NCBI RefSeq assembly: GCF_009914755.1
Contig: NC_060935.1
Length of the DNA: 64,000 nt
Strand: one strand, 5' to 3'
Origin: the human T2T-CHM13v2.0 reference genome, Homo sapiens
The position numbers were made by a program, and so were the translations under genes. Below the pieces are notes generated by a model. The model saw only the letters and a program-made list of their open reading frames with translations, was not told the origin of the DNA and did not search any database. Shown here one piece after another: positions 30,655-44,382 of this stretch (position 1 is the first letter of the stretch; each line of letters begins with the position of its first letter).

Positions 30655-31609
30655 CAGTAGTGCTTTTAATAGTGAAAAGTTTGAATTACCTAAATATCCA
30701 GCAATAGAAATATTACCAAATCAATCATGATACAATTTCAATGGCAGAATTTAACAAAAATAATGTTGTTGAGGTATGTTCACAGATATAAAGAAGTTAG
30801 TATTTTATAGTTCCACTTAAAAGTAAGTAGATATTAATTACTATATTCTGAATTATCCCATTTTTGTTAACAAATATATGCACAAAAAGGTTTAAGATAC
30901 CTTTATATAAGAAGTTTATGTAGTTTCTACATCAGCGGGATTCTGTTGTGCTTTCTTTTACTTCTCTATTTCCTAATTTTTAAATAAAAAATAAATAATA
31001 AGAAAACCCCAATTTTTAAAAATGTTAATGAAATGAGAAAACTGAACTAGGAACAAAGAGAGTAAGAAAGCTAAGAGGAAAAAATGTACCATGGTGCCAT
31101 GGTGGATGGGGATAATAAAGAAAGTAGAGAAAAGACGTTCTTGGAATTGTTTTTTTTGAAAGAGATTTTCTTATTTTCCATAAAGTTAAGGGGAAAAATA
31201 TTTTTGTTCTCAGAGTTTTTCAGTGTGCTTTCCAAGCCATCAAATTCCTAAATATAACCAAAGTTGATGATTTTACAAGTAAGCCAATATAAACATAGTA
31301 GATGTTTATATTTCAACATTAACAACGTGACATTGGAGCTGCAAAAGATCTTCCCAATTGGCCATATTTTATTTTTCTCAAAAGTTTCCATTTTCAGTCC
31401 CCTTTTAAAATACATCCAGTCCCCCCTCCCCACCCCCACTCCACCCCTTTGTGGCTTTAAAATTTCAAGAAAAGGCAGAACCAGATTAACATAGTAAAAC
31501 TGGGGACAGAGCATGTGGAAGAAAGGAGCAAGAGGGAGGTGGTAGAAGGTTACGCATTTGGGGAGGAAGAGGAAGAGAAGGAATTTTTGCAGAGCCTTGC
31601 CTCAAAGAG

Positions 31610-31740
31610 GTACTACTCAAACTTAGTCAAATCATGTAGGCTCTTGTTAAAATGCAGGTTTTGATTCCGCAGATCTGGGTGGGACTCCCTGGTGATACCC
31701 ATGCTTACTGGTCCATGGACAACTTTGAGCATCAAGGCCT
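31610..31740. mobile_element. MER5-like hAT relic
   Basis: ctactcaaactt...cttgttaaaatgcag...caactttgagcatcaagg. Confidence 0.6.
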
Positions 31741-34009
31741 TAGACTCTGGGACTTTGCTCTTCCACCCTGGTCACATTTCACATGGGCAGCCTCTGGCTG
31801 TGATAACCTCTTTCTTTCTAACCTAATAGGGTTTTATTTTATTTATTTATTTATTTATTTTTTTGTCAAAATACCAAATATTGGAAACTTTTCAGAAAGT
31901 AGTTTAACCATGAGCAAGGTACAGTTCAAGGTACTCTCCATGGAAGAGAGTAAAATGGGAAATACAATATGGAATGGGTAGAAGCCCCTGATATACGAAT
32001 GTTATTTGTTATAAAGGGCGTGGTGTTGTGGAAAAAGCCCTGGACTGGTTGTCAACAAAACTGGCTTCAATACTAGTGATTACTAACTAGCTATATGCCC
32101 TTGTGCCAGTCATTTTTCTCTGGTTCTCTGTTTCCTTTCCTGTTAAATAAAATAATTGGTCTACATGGCTTCTAAAATCTTTTCAGTTCTGACACTTGAA
32201 GAATCTATAAAGGAGATCCTATATCAATAGGAAGGGAGGGAAAGGGATGTGCCACCACACGCGCAGCTGCCAAGGATCCTGTACATGTGGTATTACTGTG
32301 GTGGAATCTCCCATTTGTCTGCCCAGATGCAAAAATGTTATTGGAGTGAGAGACTGGGAAACTTGCCTGGTATGAAATCCTAGTACCCCAACTTCCTGCT
32401 TTTGGCAATTTAGAGTCTTGGGAATCAGTCCCAGCCCCTATAAAATAAGGCAGACCCTGTAAACATGCCTTCCAAGAGCCTCCAATGTAGCTCTGACAGC
32501 TTTCAAATTCTAAGCTCCTCAATCCTCCATTCTCAGGCCACCCTCAGGTTTCACCTCATTCCCCTGTACTGGTCAGCAGCCAAATTCTGCAGCCTCTTGA
32601 GCTTAAGGTCCCAGCCAAAAAGCCTGACTGCCCTCCTACTTGTGAACAAATCCCAATTCTTGAAGCAACCCCAGCCCTCCCCAACAGACTCCCTGCTGAA
32701 CCCTGAGTCTCCCAGATACTCAAACTTAGTTCAGCCCTGTAGCAATCAAGCCTCAGGGATTTGGGCTGGCTGGAAGCTGACACTTCTCTGTTTAAGATAG
32801 TCCCATCTGCAGAGTGAGGATCAGCCCCTAAATTGATAAGCACAGGGTGGGAAAGCGACCTGCCCTAGTGAGATTACCCAGACTCTAAAGTAAGGTCCTG
32901 CAGCTCCACCTCATACCTCCATGGACACACACTCTTTGGCTTTTAAGTTATGAAACAGACCTGTTGCTATTCTAAGGAAGTCTCACAAGTCACCATATAA
33001 ACATGCCAGCTTCAGGCAGCTTCCTGTGGTTTGCCAAAAACCAGCTGGGAAGGCAGCCAGACTCCCGCCACCGTCCTGGAACCCCCTCCTCTAGCAGACA
33101 TTCACTCAGGGCATGACCTCCTGAGGTGCCCACTTGGGATGCAGGAACTTAGTGGCTGCTAGAGTTGTTATTTTTCCCTCCAGCCCCAGCCTGGGCTGGG
33201 CTGAATGATGTGGCTGGCTGGTACAAAGGCTGCTTTTTATAATGTTCTTCTTTGGTATTTTTGCTGTCTGGAGAGGGCTTCCTTTCCTCCCACAGTTAAT
33301 TAGCAGCATCAAGCATTTCCCTTTCTCCAAAAGAAGTCTGTTCCCACCCATGAGGCCAGGCAGAGGAGGTGGCAGGTGTGGCTAAATGCCCCCTGAGGTT
33401 AACCTCAAACTTAAACTTAGAGCCCTACTTGGTTAGAAGTGATGTGAAATGCAGGGCTAGCTTCCATTCTGGGCAGAGTCGGCAAGTGGGCACACGTCCC
33501 TGGCAAGCTAGCATCCCAATCAGGTGAGGGGACAGAGAAGGGGGTGGGGAACCAATGTGTGTTTGACACATTTGTGAATTGTTTCTACAACAAAGACTTT
33601 TTTAAAACAACAGAGTGAAGCTTTATATATTTGAATGAGAAGCACACAGAAGGACCTATTGTCTGGAGGAAAAATTGCATGAGTAATTGTGCATGACTTC
33701 AGACTTCCCAGTTGAAATGTTAGGCATATTAAGGATGATTGAGGGCATTCCAGTGTTTTCAGTGTGGAGAAGAGGGAGGACAGAGCTCCCAGGACTAGGG
33801 GAGGGAGGCAGGTTGTGTAGCAAGACAAGGGAGGAAGGAATCTGAGGAACTCTGTACCCCACTTTGCTCTCTGGTTTCCATTTTTCCTCTATTTAATTGA
33901 ACTGCCACCTCCTACAGGAAGCCTTCCTGACCCTATCTCCTTCCTCCACCTGTCACTCTAGGTGTTCTTCTTGATACATATCTCCTGTCTTTTCATTATT
34001 TACTTGACT

Positions 34010-34490
34010 ATGATACTGTGGATGGGCCATAGAAAAGAGAGGATGGACTCCAGATGCCACTTCCTAGATGTGTTACCTTGGACAAGTTACTTAGCCTCTC
34101 TGTGCCTCAGTTTTCTTGTCTATAAACAGTAATACCTTGTAGGGTTGTTGAGAGGATTAAATGTGTTAAAACCCATAAGGAACTGAGAATAGTGCCTGAC
34201 ATACAGTGTGCACCCTCAATAAATGTTAGCAATTATTTATTTTTATTTGCATCCCCTCTTGTTTGCACAGGACCTAATATATCATGGGGCAGCTGTGTTC
34301 AACCCTCATATGCATCTTAATTGCTTGAGGAGCTTTAGAAATGTACAGGCCTGGCCTGGGCTCCATTAATCTATGGGTGAAACCTGGTAATGGTATTTTG
34401 GAAATGTTCCCTGGGTGGTTTTATTATGTAACCAGGTTGAAAACCAGTGTCATAAATGCTCAAGGAATATTTGTTGAATGAATGAATGAA
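34010..34490. mobile_element. MIR (34010-34240), MER5A-like (34290-34450) and L2 3' tip (34450-34490)
   Basis: ccttggacaagttacttagcctctctgtgcctcagtttt; ccaggttgaaaaccagtg; aatatttgttgaatgaatgaatgaa. Confidence 0.75.
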
Positions 34491-34518
34491 CCAAATGGGA
34501 TCAGAAAGAACAAACCCC

Positions 34519-34623
34519 ATGCTGGCTTCGGCAGCACATATACTAAAAATTGGAATGATACGGAGAAGATTAGCATGGCCCCTGCACAAGAATGACACAC
34601 AAATTCATGAAGTGTTCCATATT
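34519..34623 (+). pseudogene. U6 snRNA retropseudogene (RNU6-type)
   Basis: Full-length U6 match with ~9 substitutions (5 at CpG) and 1 insertion; ACAGAGA box reads ACGGAGA; TSD agaaagaacaaaccc at 34503-34517 and 34642-34656. Confidence 0.95.
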
Positions 34624-35170
34624 AAACATATATATAGAGAGAGAAAGAACAAACCCAGGTTACCCCATCTTTAGGAATGTGAAGGCATGATGATTCTGTC
34701 TCCTTCAGAAAGTTGATTCTTCCTGAGACAGGTTTCAAGAGAAAAATATGACAGAGAATATAATGGAATACATGAAAGAAAGAATCATAATCCTAGTCAT
34801 CTCAACATGAAAGTATTGAAGAAATAGAAAAACAATTGCCTAGAGCTCATATTAGAGATCAACAGTTATTTTCTCTTGCTCTCCCTTCTGTGTATGCAGA
34901 TTTATTTCCTGGAGTTGCTATAACAACTCTAGCTAGAAGGTGAACTTTGACTTTTCCTCTAGTTTTAATTTCGATTTGCTACTCAATCTTTAATTTAGAG
35001 GACATAAAAATTTATCTCAAATAAAGCATTTGCACCACTCTAATGTATATTCATGCATGATGATAGCATAATTATAATTAACTGCTTTACCTAGTTGGTC
35101 CACAAAATTTAAACTGATTACTGCTTGTAGAACATTAAGTCAGGCACCTCAAAATGGAAATAGGAAACTA

Positions 35171-35404
35171 GGCCGGGGTGGTGGCTCACACCTGTAATCC
35201 CAGTACTTTGGGAGGCCAAGGAGGGCGGATTGCTTGAGCTCAGGAGTTCAAGACCAGCCTGGGCAACACAGGGAAACCCTGTATCTACCAAAAATACAAA
35301 AATTAACTGGATGTGGTAGCATGTGCCTGTAGTCCTAGTTACTTGGGGGGCTGAGGTGGGAGGATCACTTAATCCCAGGAAGTCAAGGCTGCAGTGAGCC
35401 ATGA
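35171..35404 (+). mobile_element. 3'-truncated Alu (AluJ-like)
   Basis: Ends at gcagtgagccatga, no terminal segment. Confidence 0.9.
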
Positions 35405-36490
35405 AGGAAAATTAAATTTAAGAAAAGAAGATGCTATATATAAGGAACAGTGACAAGGTGAGAAACTAGCAAACCTACAGTTGTCTAAGTAGTTTTTGAT
35501 GCCTAATATTTAAAAAGTTAGTAAAAATCTTGCATTAATTCCCAAATGAAGAGAACGGGAAATTTTAGAAAATAAAAATACTTAAATATAGGAATAAATA
35601 TTCTTCATGACCTTACTAAACAACAACAAATAATGGGAGAGATGTACCATTTCCTGAATGGAGGATCAATAATGTGAAGGTGTCATTTCTCCTCAAATTG
35701 ATCTAAAAGGCTGGGTGCGGTGACTCATGCCTGTAATCCCAGCACTTTGGGAGGTAAAGGTGGGCAGATCACTTGAGGTCAGGAGTTCGAGACCAACCTG
35801 GCCAACATGGTGAGACCCTGTCTCTACTAAAAATACAAGAATTGGCTGCCGTGGTGACACATGCCTGTAATCCCAGCTACTCAGAAGGCTGAGGCATGAG
35901 AATCACTTGAACCTGGGAGGCAGAGGTTGTAGTAAGCCAAGATCACACCACTGCACTCTAGCCTGGGCAACAGAGTGAGACCCTGTCTTAAAAAAAAAAC
36001 AAAAATTGATCTATAAACCGAATAAAATCTCAATTAAAAAACCAGAAATATACAACAAAAATACTATAAGCAAAAGTTAAAGAGTGAAAAGGACAGATTA
36101 CTTGCCAATTATACAACAGAAGATTAATATCCTTAATACATAAAGAGTACTTATCAATGAATATAAAATACAAATTAAACTATTAAAAAATGAAGCAAGG
36201 AATTGAACAGTTAATTAAACAGAGGAAGAAATGTAAGTGGTCAATAAGCATATAACAATGTTCAGTCTCATGGGTACATAAGGAAATGTAACTTAAAATA
36301 AGTCTGAAATATTTTTAGTCTTCAGGTTGTAAAAAATGAATAAACAATAAAATCCAACATTAGCAAAACTTCAGGGGAAATGACACTCTCAAACTCTCTG
36401 GGAGTATCAGTTGTTATCACGGTTTCTAGAGAGCAACTTGGAAGTATGTATCAAAATTTTCCATTTCTAGCTATCTAACCTGGAGAAAAG
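35405..36490 (+). mobile_element. Old L1M ORF2/3' relic containing an Alu at 35709-36005
   Basis: A-rich L1-like motifs (attaatatccttaatacataaagag, aaatccaacattagc); Alu TSD aaattgatcta. Confidence 0.65.
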
Positions 36491-36722
36491 TTTGTAGAAG
36501 AGTCCATTTACACTGTAAATTAAGTAAAAAATAGAGAGAACACCAGGAGGCTCCCATAGCACAGCCAGTAAACAGTGCCAACACTGGAGTTAAAGTGCTG
36601 TGGTTCAAATCCCTGTTTGGCTACTTACTAGTCCTGGGGCTTTGGGTGAGATTACCTTAGCTGCTTCAGCAGTCAAGTAGGGATGACAATATGCAGTACC
36701 TATTTCATAGGGTTATTCTGAG

Positions 36723-36822
36723 AAACATTTTGCATGCCAGGTGCGGTGGCTCACGCCTATAATCCCAGAACTCTGGAAGGCAGAGGCAAGAGGATCGCTT
36801 GGGGCTAGGAGTTCAAGAACAG
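36723..36822 (+). repeat. 100-bp copy of 37051-37150 (Alu monomer head plus its 5' flank) inserted in a MIR
   Basis: Shared flank aaacattttgca and shared non-consensus Alu bases; 8 mismatches. Confidence 0.88.
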
Positions 36823-37062
36823 ACATGCAAAGGGCTTAATGCCAGGGATAAAATACTTCCCTGTGCCATGGTAGTCCACCCCTCTCTTTCCCAAACCCCT
36901 AACCGTGTATGCCATTGCAGGTTCCTAAATATGTAAGTGCGTAGAGAAACTTATGGCAGAAACTGATAGCACGGTAACTTACAGAAGAAGGTGGGGTTGA
37001 GTGGGAATATGTAAGATTTTTACTTTTTACTTTCTACTTGTTTATTTTAAAAACATTTTGCA

Positions 37063-37203
37063 GGCCAGGTGCAGTGGCTCATGCCTATAATCCCAGAACT
37101 CTGGGAAGCAGAGGCAAGAGGATCGCTTGAGACTAGGAGTTCAAGACCAGGCTTAGGCAACATAGTGAAACCTAGTAAGGCCCTCGTCTCTTAAAAAATA
37201 AAA
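37063..37203 (+). mobile_element. Free left Alu monomer (FLAM-like)
   Basis: Monomer with short A tail. Confidence 0.88.
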
Positions 37204-38454
37204 TGCAAAGAATGTATTCATTTATTTATAATCACTTGTGTAATTAAAACTTGTTAAATTTGACAGAAGAAATAGGATGGTAGGCAAAAGTATTTATCCC
37301 AGGAAGTTAGAAAAATGGAATATGATGATAGCATATATCATGTCCTAGATATTTTAGATGATGGAATATGGGTTACGTACAGAGACTGGGTTTTCAGAAC
37401 TAAAAATCAGAACCCAATGTCTACCAAAGGATTTTTAGTATAATTTCTGTGTAGGAGAGGCAGCCTGGATCATTCAGTCTGGATGCCAAAATAATGGACT
37501 TTCTGGAACAATCTAATGGTTTATTATTACAAATAGACTGAAACTGGGCCTGTTCAAAAATTCCCAATCACATTCCGTTTTTGGATCCTGTTGGAACTGA
37601 ATTCCTCCTGACCCAAAACCTCCTGACCCAAAACCTAGCATTCAGCCTGCCTTATCCTAACTCCCCTAGGTCCAAGGCCTTGCAGATTTCCTCCCTGTGA
37701 GATCTCCCAGGAGCCCTGGCAGAGCATTCCTAACTTCTCAATTGCTTCTGTGGCATCTCTAGGCACACTGTCTGCCCTCACCTGCTAGGGAAGCTACTTT
37801 CCTGTCTGTGTCATCCCCCTGGTTCCTCTATGACCAGCCCCCAGCCCCCAGCCCTAGCCTGGCATGAAGCTGAGCCAGCTCAGGCATGGCCTGGGCTTCT
37901 GATACCAATCCTGCTGAGGTTAGCACAGACAGTCCCAGACACAAGGTAAGCTGAGGCGGTGAGAATGAATTTCTGGGTAACAAAAGGAGGAGGGCGATAG
38001 GGCCAGAGATAGCAAAAAGAGTTTGCCAGGAAACCAGAGACACGGGTGCTGAGTGGAAAAGAGAAGTTGGAGCAGGACTCAATGAACATCTTGAGGCCAC
38101 TTAAAGGAAGTGGGAAAAATGTAGGAGCAAAACATACACAGCAGTGTTAGCTGTAAGTGTGAGAAAGGATGGCCTTCATCTCATCAATTGATGATGTTGA
38201 TCATCAATGATCAAGGTAAACACATGGGTTCATCCCTGAGAAGATCAAAACAAAAAGCTCCAGTGCGCCCCAGAAGGTTCTGCTGGGGAACAGGGAAAGA
38301 AATGAGTCAGAAAAACCTGCTTCCCACCCTGGCTGTGTGACGTGGAGCAACCGCCTTTACGCCCTGAGCTTTTCCAGCAAGTTGGGTTCCTTCTAAATAT
38401 TAAATGTGTTTGGATAACTAAGGCTCTCAGTCTGCTGTTCAGTAAATCTGAATT

Positions 38455-38797
<343 letters not shown>

Positions 38798-38869
38798 TGA
38801 TGATGATGAAAACTCACCCCAGTCTCTTGCTACCCATGTCATCCTCAGTGTCAGCAGTCAACACACCAT

Positions 38870-39130
38870 ATAATAGTTGTGATAGATAACATTTACTGAA
38901 GTGTGTATTGTTTGCAGGCTCTGTTCTGAACCCCTTGCAGTAGTAAACCTCACAATAACCCTATGAAGCGGGTAATAGTATTCTTCCTAGTTCACAGATA
39001 AGAAAATTGAAGCCCAAAGAAGTTTAGTAATTCGCCCAAGCTGAATAGCTAATAAAAGGCAGATCCAGGATGAAAATCCAGCTCTAACTGCAAAACCCAT
39101 GCTCTTTACTACTGCACCATATGCCTTCCT
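38870..39130 (-). mobile_element. MIR
   Basis: aacatttactga...ctcacaataaccctatgaag...cacagataagaaaattgaagccc. Confidence 0.8.
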
Positions 39131-40231
39131 GACAGTAAGGCAGAAAATAGAAAAAAAGGTAAAACAAGGGAAGGTCCTAGCAGAGATACTGAGGGAGACT
39201 AAGAGGAGGCCTCTGATCCTGGGTAGGAGCAGCTGTTGAAGGAGGCTTCCTAGAAATCTCCCATTTGACAGTGGGATCCAGGGGGGAAATGCCACTGCTA
39301 AGATGAAGGAGCAACCTCCTCCCCTCCTGTGGGACATGGGGGATGGCATCTGAAAGGAAGCTGATCATAGATATAACCTGTGCAAATAAAGCTGTAGGCT
39401 GGGGCACTGCTTCATGTTATGAAAACATCTTGCAGTAAAGGAAGGTAATGTGGTAATAAGTCCAAACAGAAGGGTGATGGGTTGGCAGGCAGTTTGAAAC
39501 AAGCCAAGTCAAAGTTTGTCCATGTGTCTCTAGCTCTGCCTACTCTGATTTCAAGTGTTCTGTCCTAGTTCCGTAGGCAAAATCCCTGGCGGGAGGAAAA
39601 GGGCCTGAAGGAGATGCTTCCTGGAGAAAGGCAAAGCACAAAACAAGTAGAAGACATTATTCCTGTTAATGTAGTAATGCCGAGGATACTAGAGGTTTTC
39701 ATTAAAGTTACAATCATTGCCACCATTTTCATTTATTCACTCACTCATGTATTTATCCAGGATTTCCTTATGGAGAATCTCCTATACTCCACGCCCTCCA
39801 CTAGATGCTGGGACATAATAAATGGTCTCTAGGAATTTTCGATCTAGTCAAGAGACAATAGAGAGTGGGCTCTTCCAACCTGATCGGGTAAAAGCACTGC
39901 TGTCAGTGAGGGCCTGCCACATGCAAAAACATGAGCCTTCCTGCAAGGAGGTGATGTGCCAGTGGGGAGTAAGGAAGTACCTCCTATGATATGCAAGACA
40001 AAAAGGTCCTTTGGGAAGTAGTCCAGCTTTCTCAGTGTATGGAGAAGAAACCCATGAACCTGAGATACAAACAGGATAAACTGCAAATCAAGACTCCTTA
40101 GGGTAAATACCAGCTGAATGGCACCATTGCAAGTGCAGCAGGAGTTTGAGGGAGACAAACATCACTGTGAGTCGAGGAAGGCTTCCTGGAAGAGGTGGGA
40201 CTTAAGCTAGGCTTTCCTGGAAAAATAAGGG

Positions 40232-40233
40232 GT

Positions 40234-40286
<53 letters not shown>
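40232..40286. repeat. (TG)n microsatellite
   Basis: Direct reading. Confidence 0.97.
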
Positions 40287-40287
<1 letters not shown>

Positions 40288-41202
40288 ACACACAGGCATG
40301 TGTATGTAGGGAAAATACCTGGCTCTTAGATGTTGGGCAAATTGTTCCTTAAAGCTGTTTAATTTTTTTATCTGTTTTTTTAGTCACCAAAAGTCCCTCA
40401 GATCTGCAATTGTTTGTTTGAGAAGATCTACCGCTAGATATGATATGATTAGTTGCACAGGCTTTGGAGTCTGATAGGCCTGGGGTCAAATCCAGGCTCT
40501 GCCATTTTCTAGTTGTATGACCTTAGTTTCCTCATCTGTTAAATGGGGATAATTACACTTATCATAGGCTTATTATGAGTATTAAATAAAATATGCAAAG
40601 CACATATCATAGGGCCTGTAACTCAGGAATCACCTAGCCTAATTCCATAAACATAATTATTTACCTGTATTGAGCCAATGGCATTTTCAGTGTCCTCTGA
40701 ATTTATTTAAATTCCGTTAATTTTTTCCATCCAACTGTTAGGCACAGTGCCAAGCATCATCCTGGATGGTAGACACAGTCATGTGCCAGAGATATGTTCC
40801 TTGCCCACTCAGGGCAGCCTAGAGGGATATCAGACACATAAGCACATGATTGCAGTACAGTGTGAGGTGCACTATTAACAGCGGCAAGTAGTCGTTATTG
40901 GTGGTCATCTCTGAGTGGTCTATGGACTTGAAAGGCCATACAAGGGGCCAGTGGGGCCTGACCTCACCAGGATGCAGCTGCTCTGGAAACCCACCAGCAA
41001 AGTCATTATCACTTCTGGACAGCTCTAAGTCTGCTCTGTATTATTTACAATGTCATTTTCGTTTAATAGCAGAATAATCTAAATAGAAAAAAAATGTTCC
41101 CTCTTAATAGCCCAATATCCAGCAGAGACTGTGAGAAGCAGTAAAAATGCACCTGAACTTAAGCTTCAAAAAACTTTTCCTGGCTCCTCTTCTCTTCCAG
41201 TA

Positions 41203-41912
41203 TGTTGGGTACCTTCGACAGCAAGCATTCCAGGTGGCTCCCAGTGAGCCCCACCTCCTGGTTTTCACACCCTTGTGTAGTCCCTTCCTGCTTTGTACCA
41301 GGGTTGGTCTCTGTGACCAATACAAAATGGCAGAAGTGAAAATGGCAGATCTCATATGCTGCTTATGAGATTAGGTTGTAAAAGACACTACAGCTTCCTC
41401 TTGGGGGCTTTCTTAGATGGGCTCTCTCTTTTGCATATCTCTGGGGAAAAGCCATCTTGAGCAGACCTACAGAGAAGCCCACATGACAAGAAACTGTAGC
41501 CTCCTGCCAACAGGCATGTCAGTGAGCTGGGAAGTAGATTTGTCATCTCTAGTCAAGACTCAAGTCTCTAAAAATTGCAGAAGGCCAGGTGCGGTGGCTC
41601 ACACCTGTAATCCCAGCACTTTGGGAGGATGAGGCTGAGGTGTGCAGATAGCTTGAGCCCAGGAGTTCAAGACGAGTCTGGGCAACAAAGTGAGAGGGAG
41701 ACCCCATCTCTTAAAAAAAAAAAGAGAGAGAGAGAGATTGCAGCCCACAGCTTGATTCCATGAAAGTTCCATGAAAGGCCCTGAGCCAGAACTATCCAGC
41801 TGAGCCATTCCCAGATTTCTGACTCTCAGAAATGATACGAGATAATAAATGTTTGTTGCTTTAAGCTGCAAAGTTTTGAGGTAATTTGTTTTGCAGCAAT
41901 AGATAACTCACA
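41203..41912 (+). mobile_element. MLT1-type LTR interrupted by an Alu monomer (41583-41735)
   Basis: ccccacctcctggttttcacacccttgtgtagtccc...; end gagataataaatgtttgttgctttaagc...gcagcaatagataact. Confidence 0.82.
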
Positions 41913-42511
41913 CTATGCCCTTCCTTTGTGCTTCAGGCATTCTGCCCCTCCCCTGATATGGCACATACCACACTGTGTTGTATTTACTCATGTACTTATC
42001 TCTCTCCTCATCAGACTGCAAGCTCAAAAGAGATCATGTCTTATTGTCTTTATATCCTCATCACATGGCACATGCCTGAGCCATACCAGGTGGTCAAAAA
42101 TATTTGCTGGATGAATAACTTGCATTTGTATTGCACATTAGAACTGACAAAGCATTAGTGTATTCATCTTCTTCCATAGTCTTCAGGCAACCCTAGAAGG
42201 TAAGTACTGATATCCTATTCCCATTTAACAGATGAGGAAATTGAGGCTTGTCAACTCACTTGAATATCTCATAGCCAGTAATTCATAAAATGAGGACTCA
42301 AACTTAAGTCACTAAGTTCCTAGTCTATGCCCCTTCCTCTATACCAAACTGTTTTTCATTTAGCTTGGTGAAGGTAGGGGTGGGAGAAAAACTAATCTGA
42401 AGAATGAGGTGCAGTCCAATCATGGATGGAGCTCCAAAGAAAGGACAATGGAGAAGAAAATTACTCACTTTTGAGTAGGCCAGGCCTCTACAGGCCTTCA
42501 TACATATGTTC

Positions 42512-42559
42512 AATGTCTTGTTTAATGTTCTATTAAATGTCTTGTTTAATGTTCTATTA
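42512..42559. repeat. Perfect 24-bp tandem duplication
   Basis: aatgtcttgtttaatgttctatta x2. Confidence 0.95.
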
Positions 42560-44029
42560 AACAATCTATTAACCCTAAAATAGATTGGTAACTTTTATTC
42601 CTCCTTCACAGACGAGAAAACCAAAGTATGGTTTCACATCTGTTAAATAATAGAGCTGGAACTCAAGCAAATGTATTCAGACTTCTAGTCCAAGTAACTT
42701 TTTCTAAAACCCAAACTGCTTCTCCTTTTCACAGTACTGGACAGCTGGATTTGGGCTCCAGATCTAATCCCTGATTCCAGCAGGAAAACACATGCAAAAT
42801 ATCATGGAGTCTCAGACAATGAGCAGACTCTGTCTTATGTAAGGATTCTACCTGGGGCTATGTCCTATCTTCTCCTGTGCTGAGCTCCAGTCACTGTTTC
42901 TCCAGCCTAAGGTCAAAGGTTTCACAATATCTCTTTTATTAATGAAAAACAAAAAGTGCAGTTGTGCTTAGAGTCAGTTTCAGTTTATACATCTTTACAA
43001 GAGGAAAATAATTGCCATGATGATTAAATGAGAAAAAAAGGTGTATGTAAGATGGCTGGTACATAATAGGTATTCACAAGCATGTAAATACACTTCTCCT
43101 GGCTCTCGCCTATATGCCTATGGGACATTTTTCAGGACAAGAGCACACATCCTTTTGTGAGCCTCTGTTCTCCACATAAACTGAAGTGTTAGCAGCAACC
43201 ATGGAAAATAGAGGAAGAGGAAACTTCTGAGGGCTCTGTGCACAGTTTCCAGCCTGAAGGGAGCTCTGCAGTGGGATTTCTGCTTTAAGTCAGCTGCACA
43301 GGGGCCTGGAAGACTTCTACCCTTGGGGGGAAAGTATGCCGAGGAGCTGAAGAACATCTTTCAAGAAGAAGCCCCAGCTGTTACGTGGGCAGTAGTAGAG
43401 AGTGGCTGGGGGGCTGCCTGAGGCCATGCTTGGTTGGGTAAACTTGGTCTGTTCACTTCCATCCAAGAGACCTTTCACTTTGAGGGCTCAATGATTAGAA
43501 AAACATCCCAGAAGCCAATAATTTCTCATTCTCCAGAGAGCCAGGAAGCATTTTCTGGGCTAGATATCAGGACAAACCCATGAATTGTGAGAGGTTCTCT
43601 CTGCTGAGAGCTCCCTCTGATCCCAGGAAATGGAGTGCTGGTTCCATGTGCTAGAAGACACAGCTTCCTGCCAGAAAGAGGATCTGGGCCTCATCTCCAT
43701 GTGTGCCAGCATTCAGATGCGGCTGTCTGGGCTTTCATGGATGAGTCATGGCAATGGCCAGACCTCAGCTGCAAGTTGGGGTGAGCCTGACTCTCACAGT
43801 CCTAGTCAAAGCAGTTCAGAGCAATTAAACAATCAAATGGGAACCTACTAGGTGCAGGCCTTTGGGGAAGGAGAGCTATTGTGGAAAGGTCATGAGTTTT
43901 GAAGTTTTGAAAGAAAGGGGCTTCAATGTAAATATTAGCTTTACCACCTACTAAGTATAACTTGGGAAAGATACTTAGCTTCTTTAGACCTCAGTTTCTT
44001 TATCTTTAAAGTAATGGCAGTAGTAATAT

Positions 44030-44382
<353 letters not shown>

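Noticed and set aside
34519-34623. Functional U6 snRNA gene
   Set aside because: TSD, CpG decay, mutated ACAGAGA box and no visible upstream promoter.
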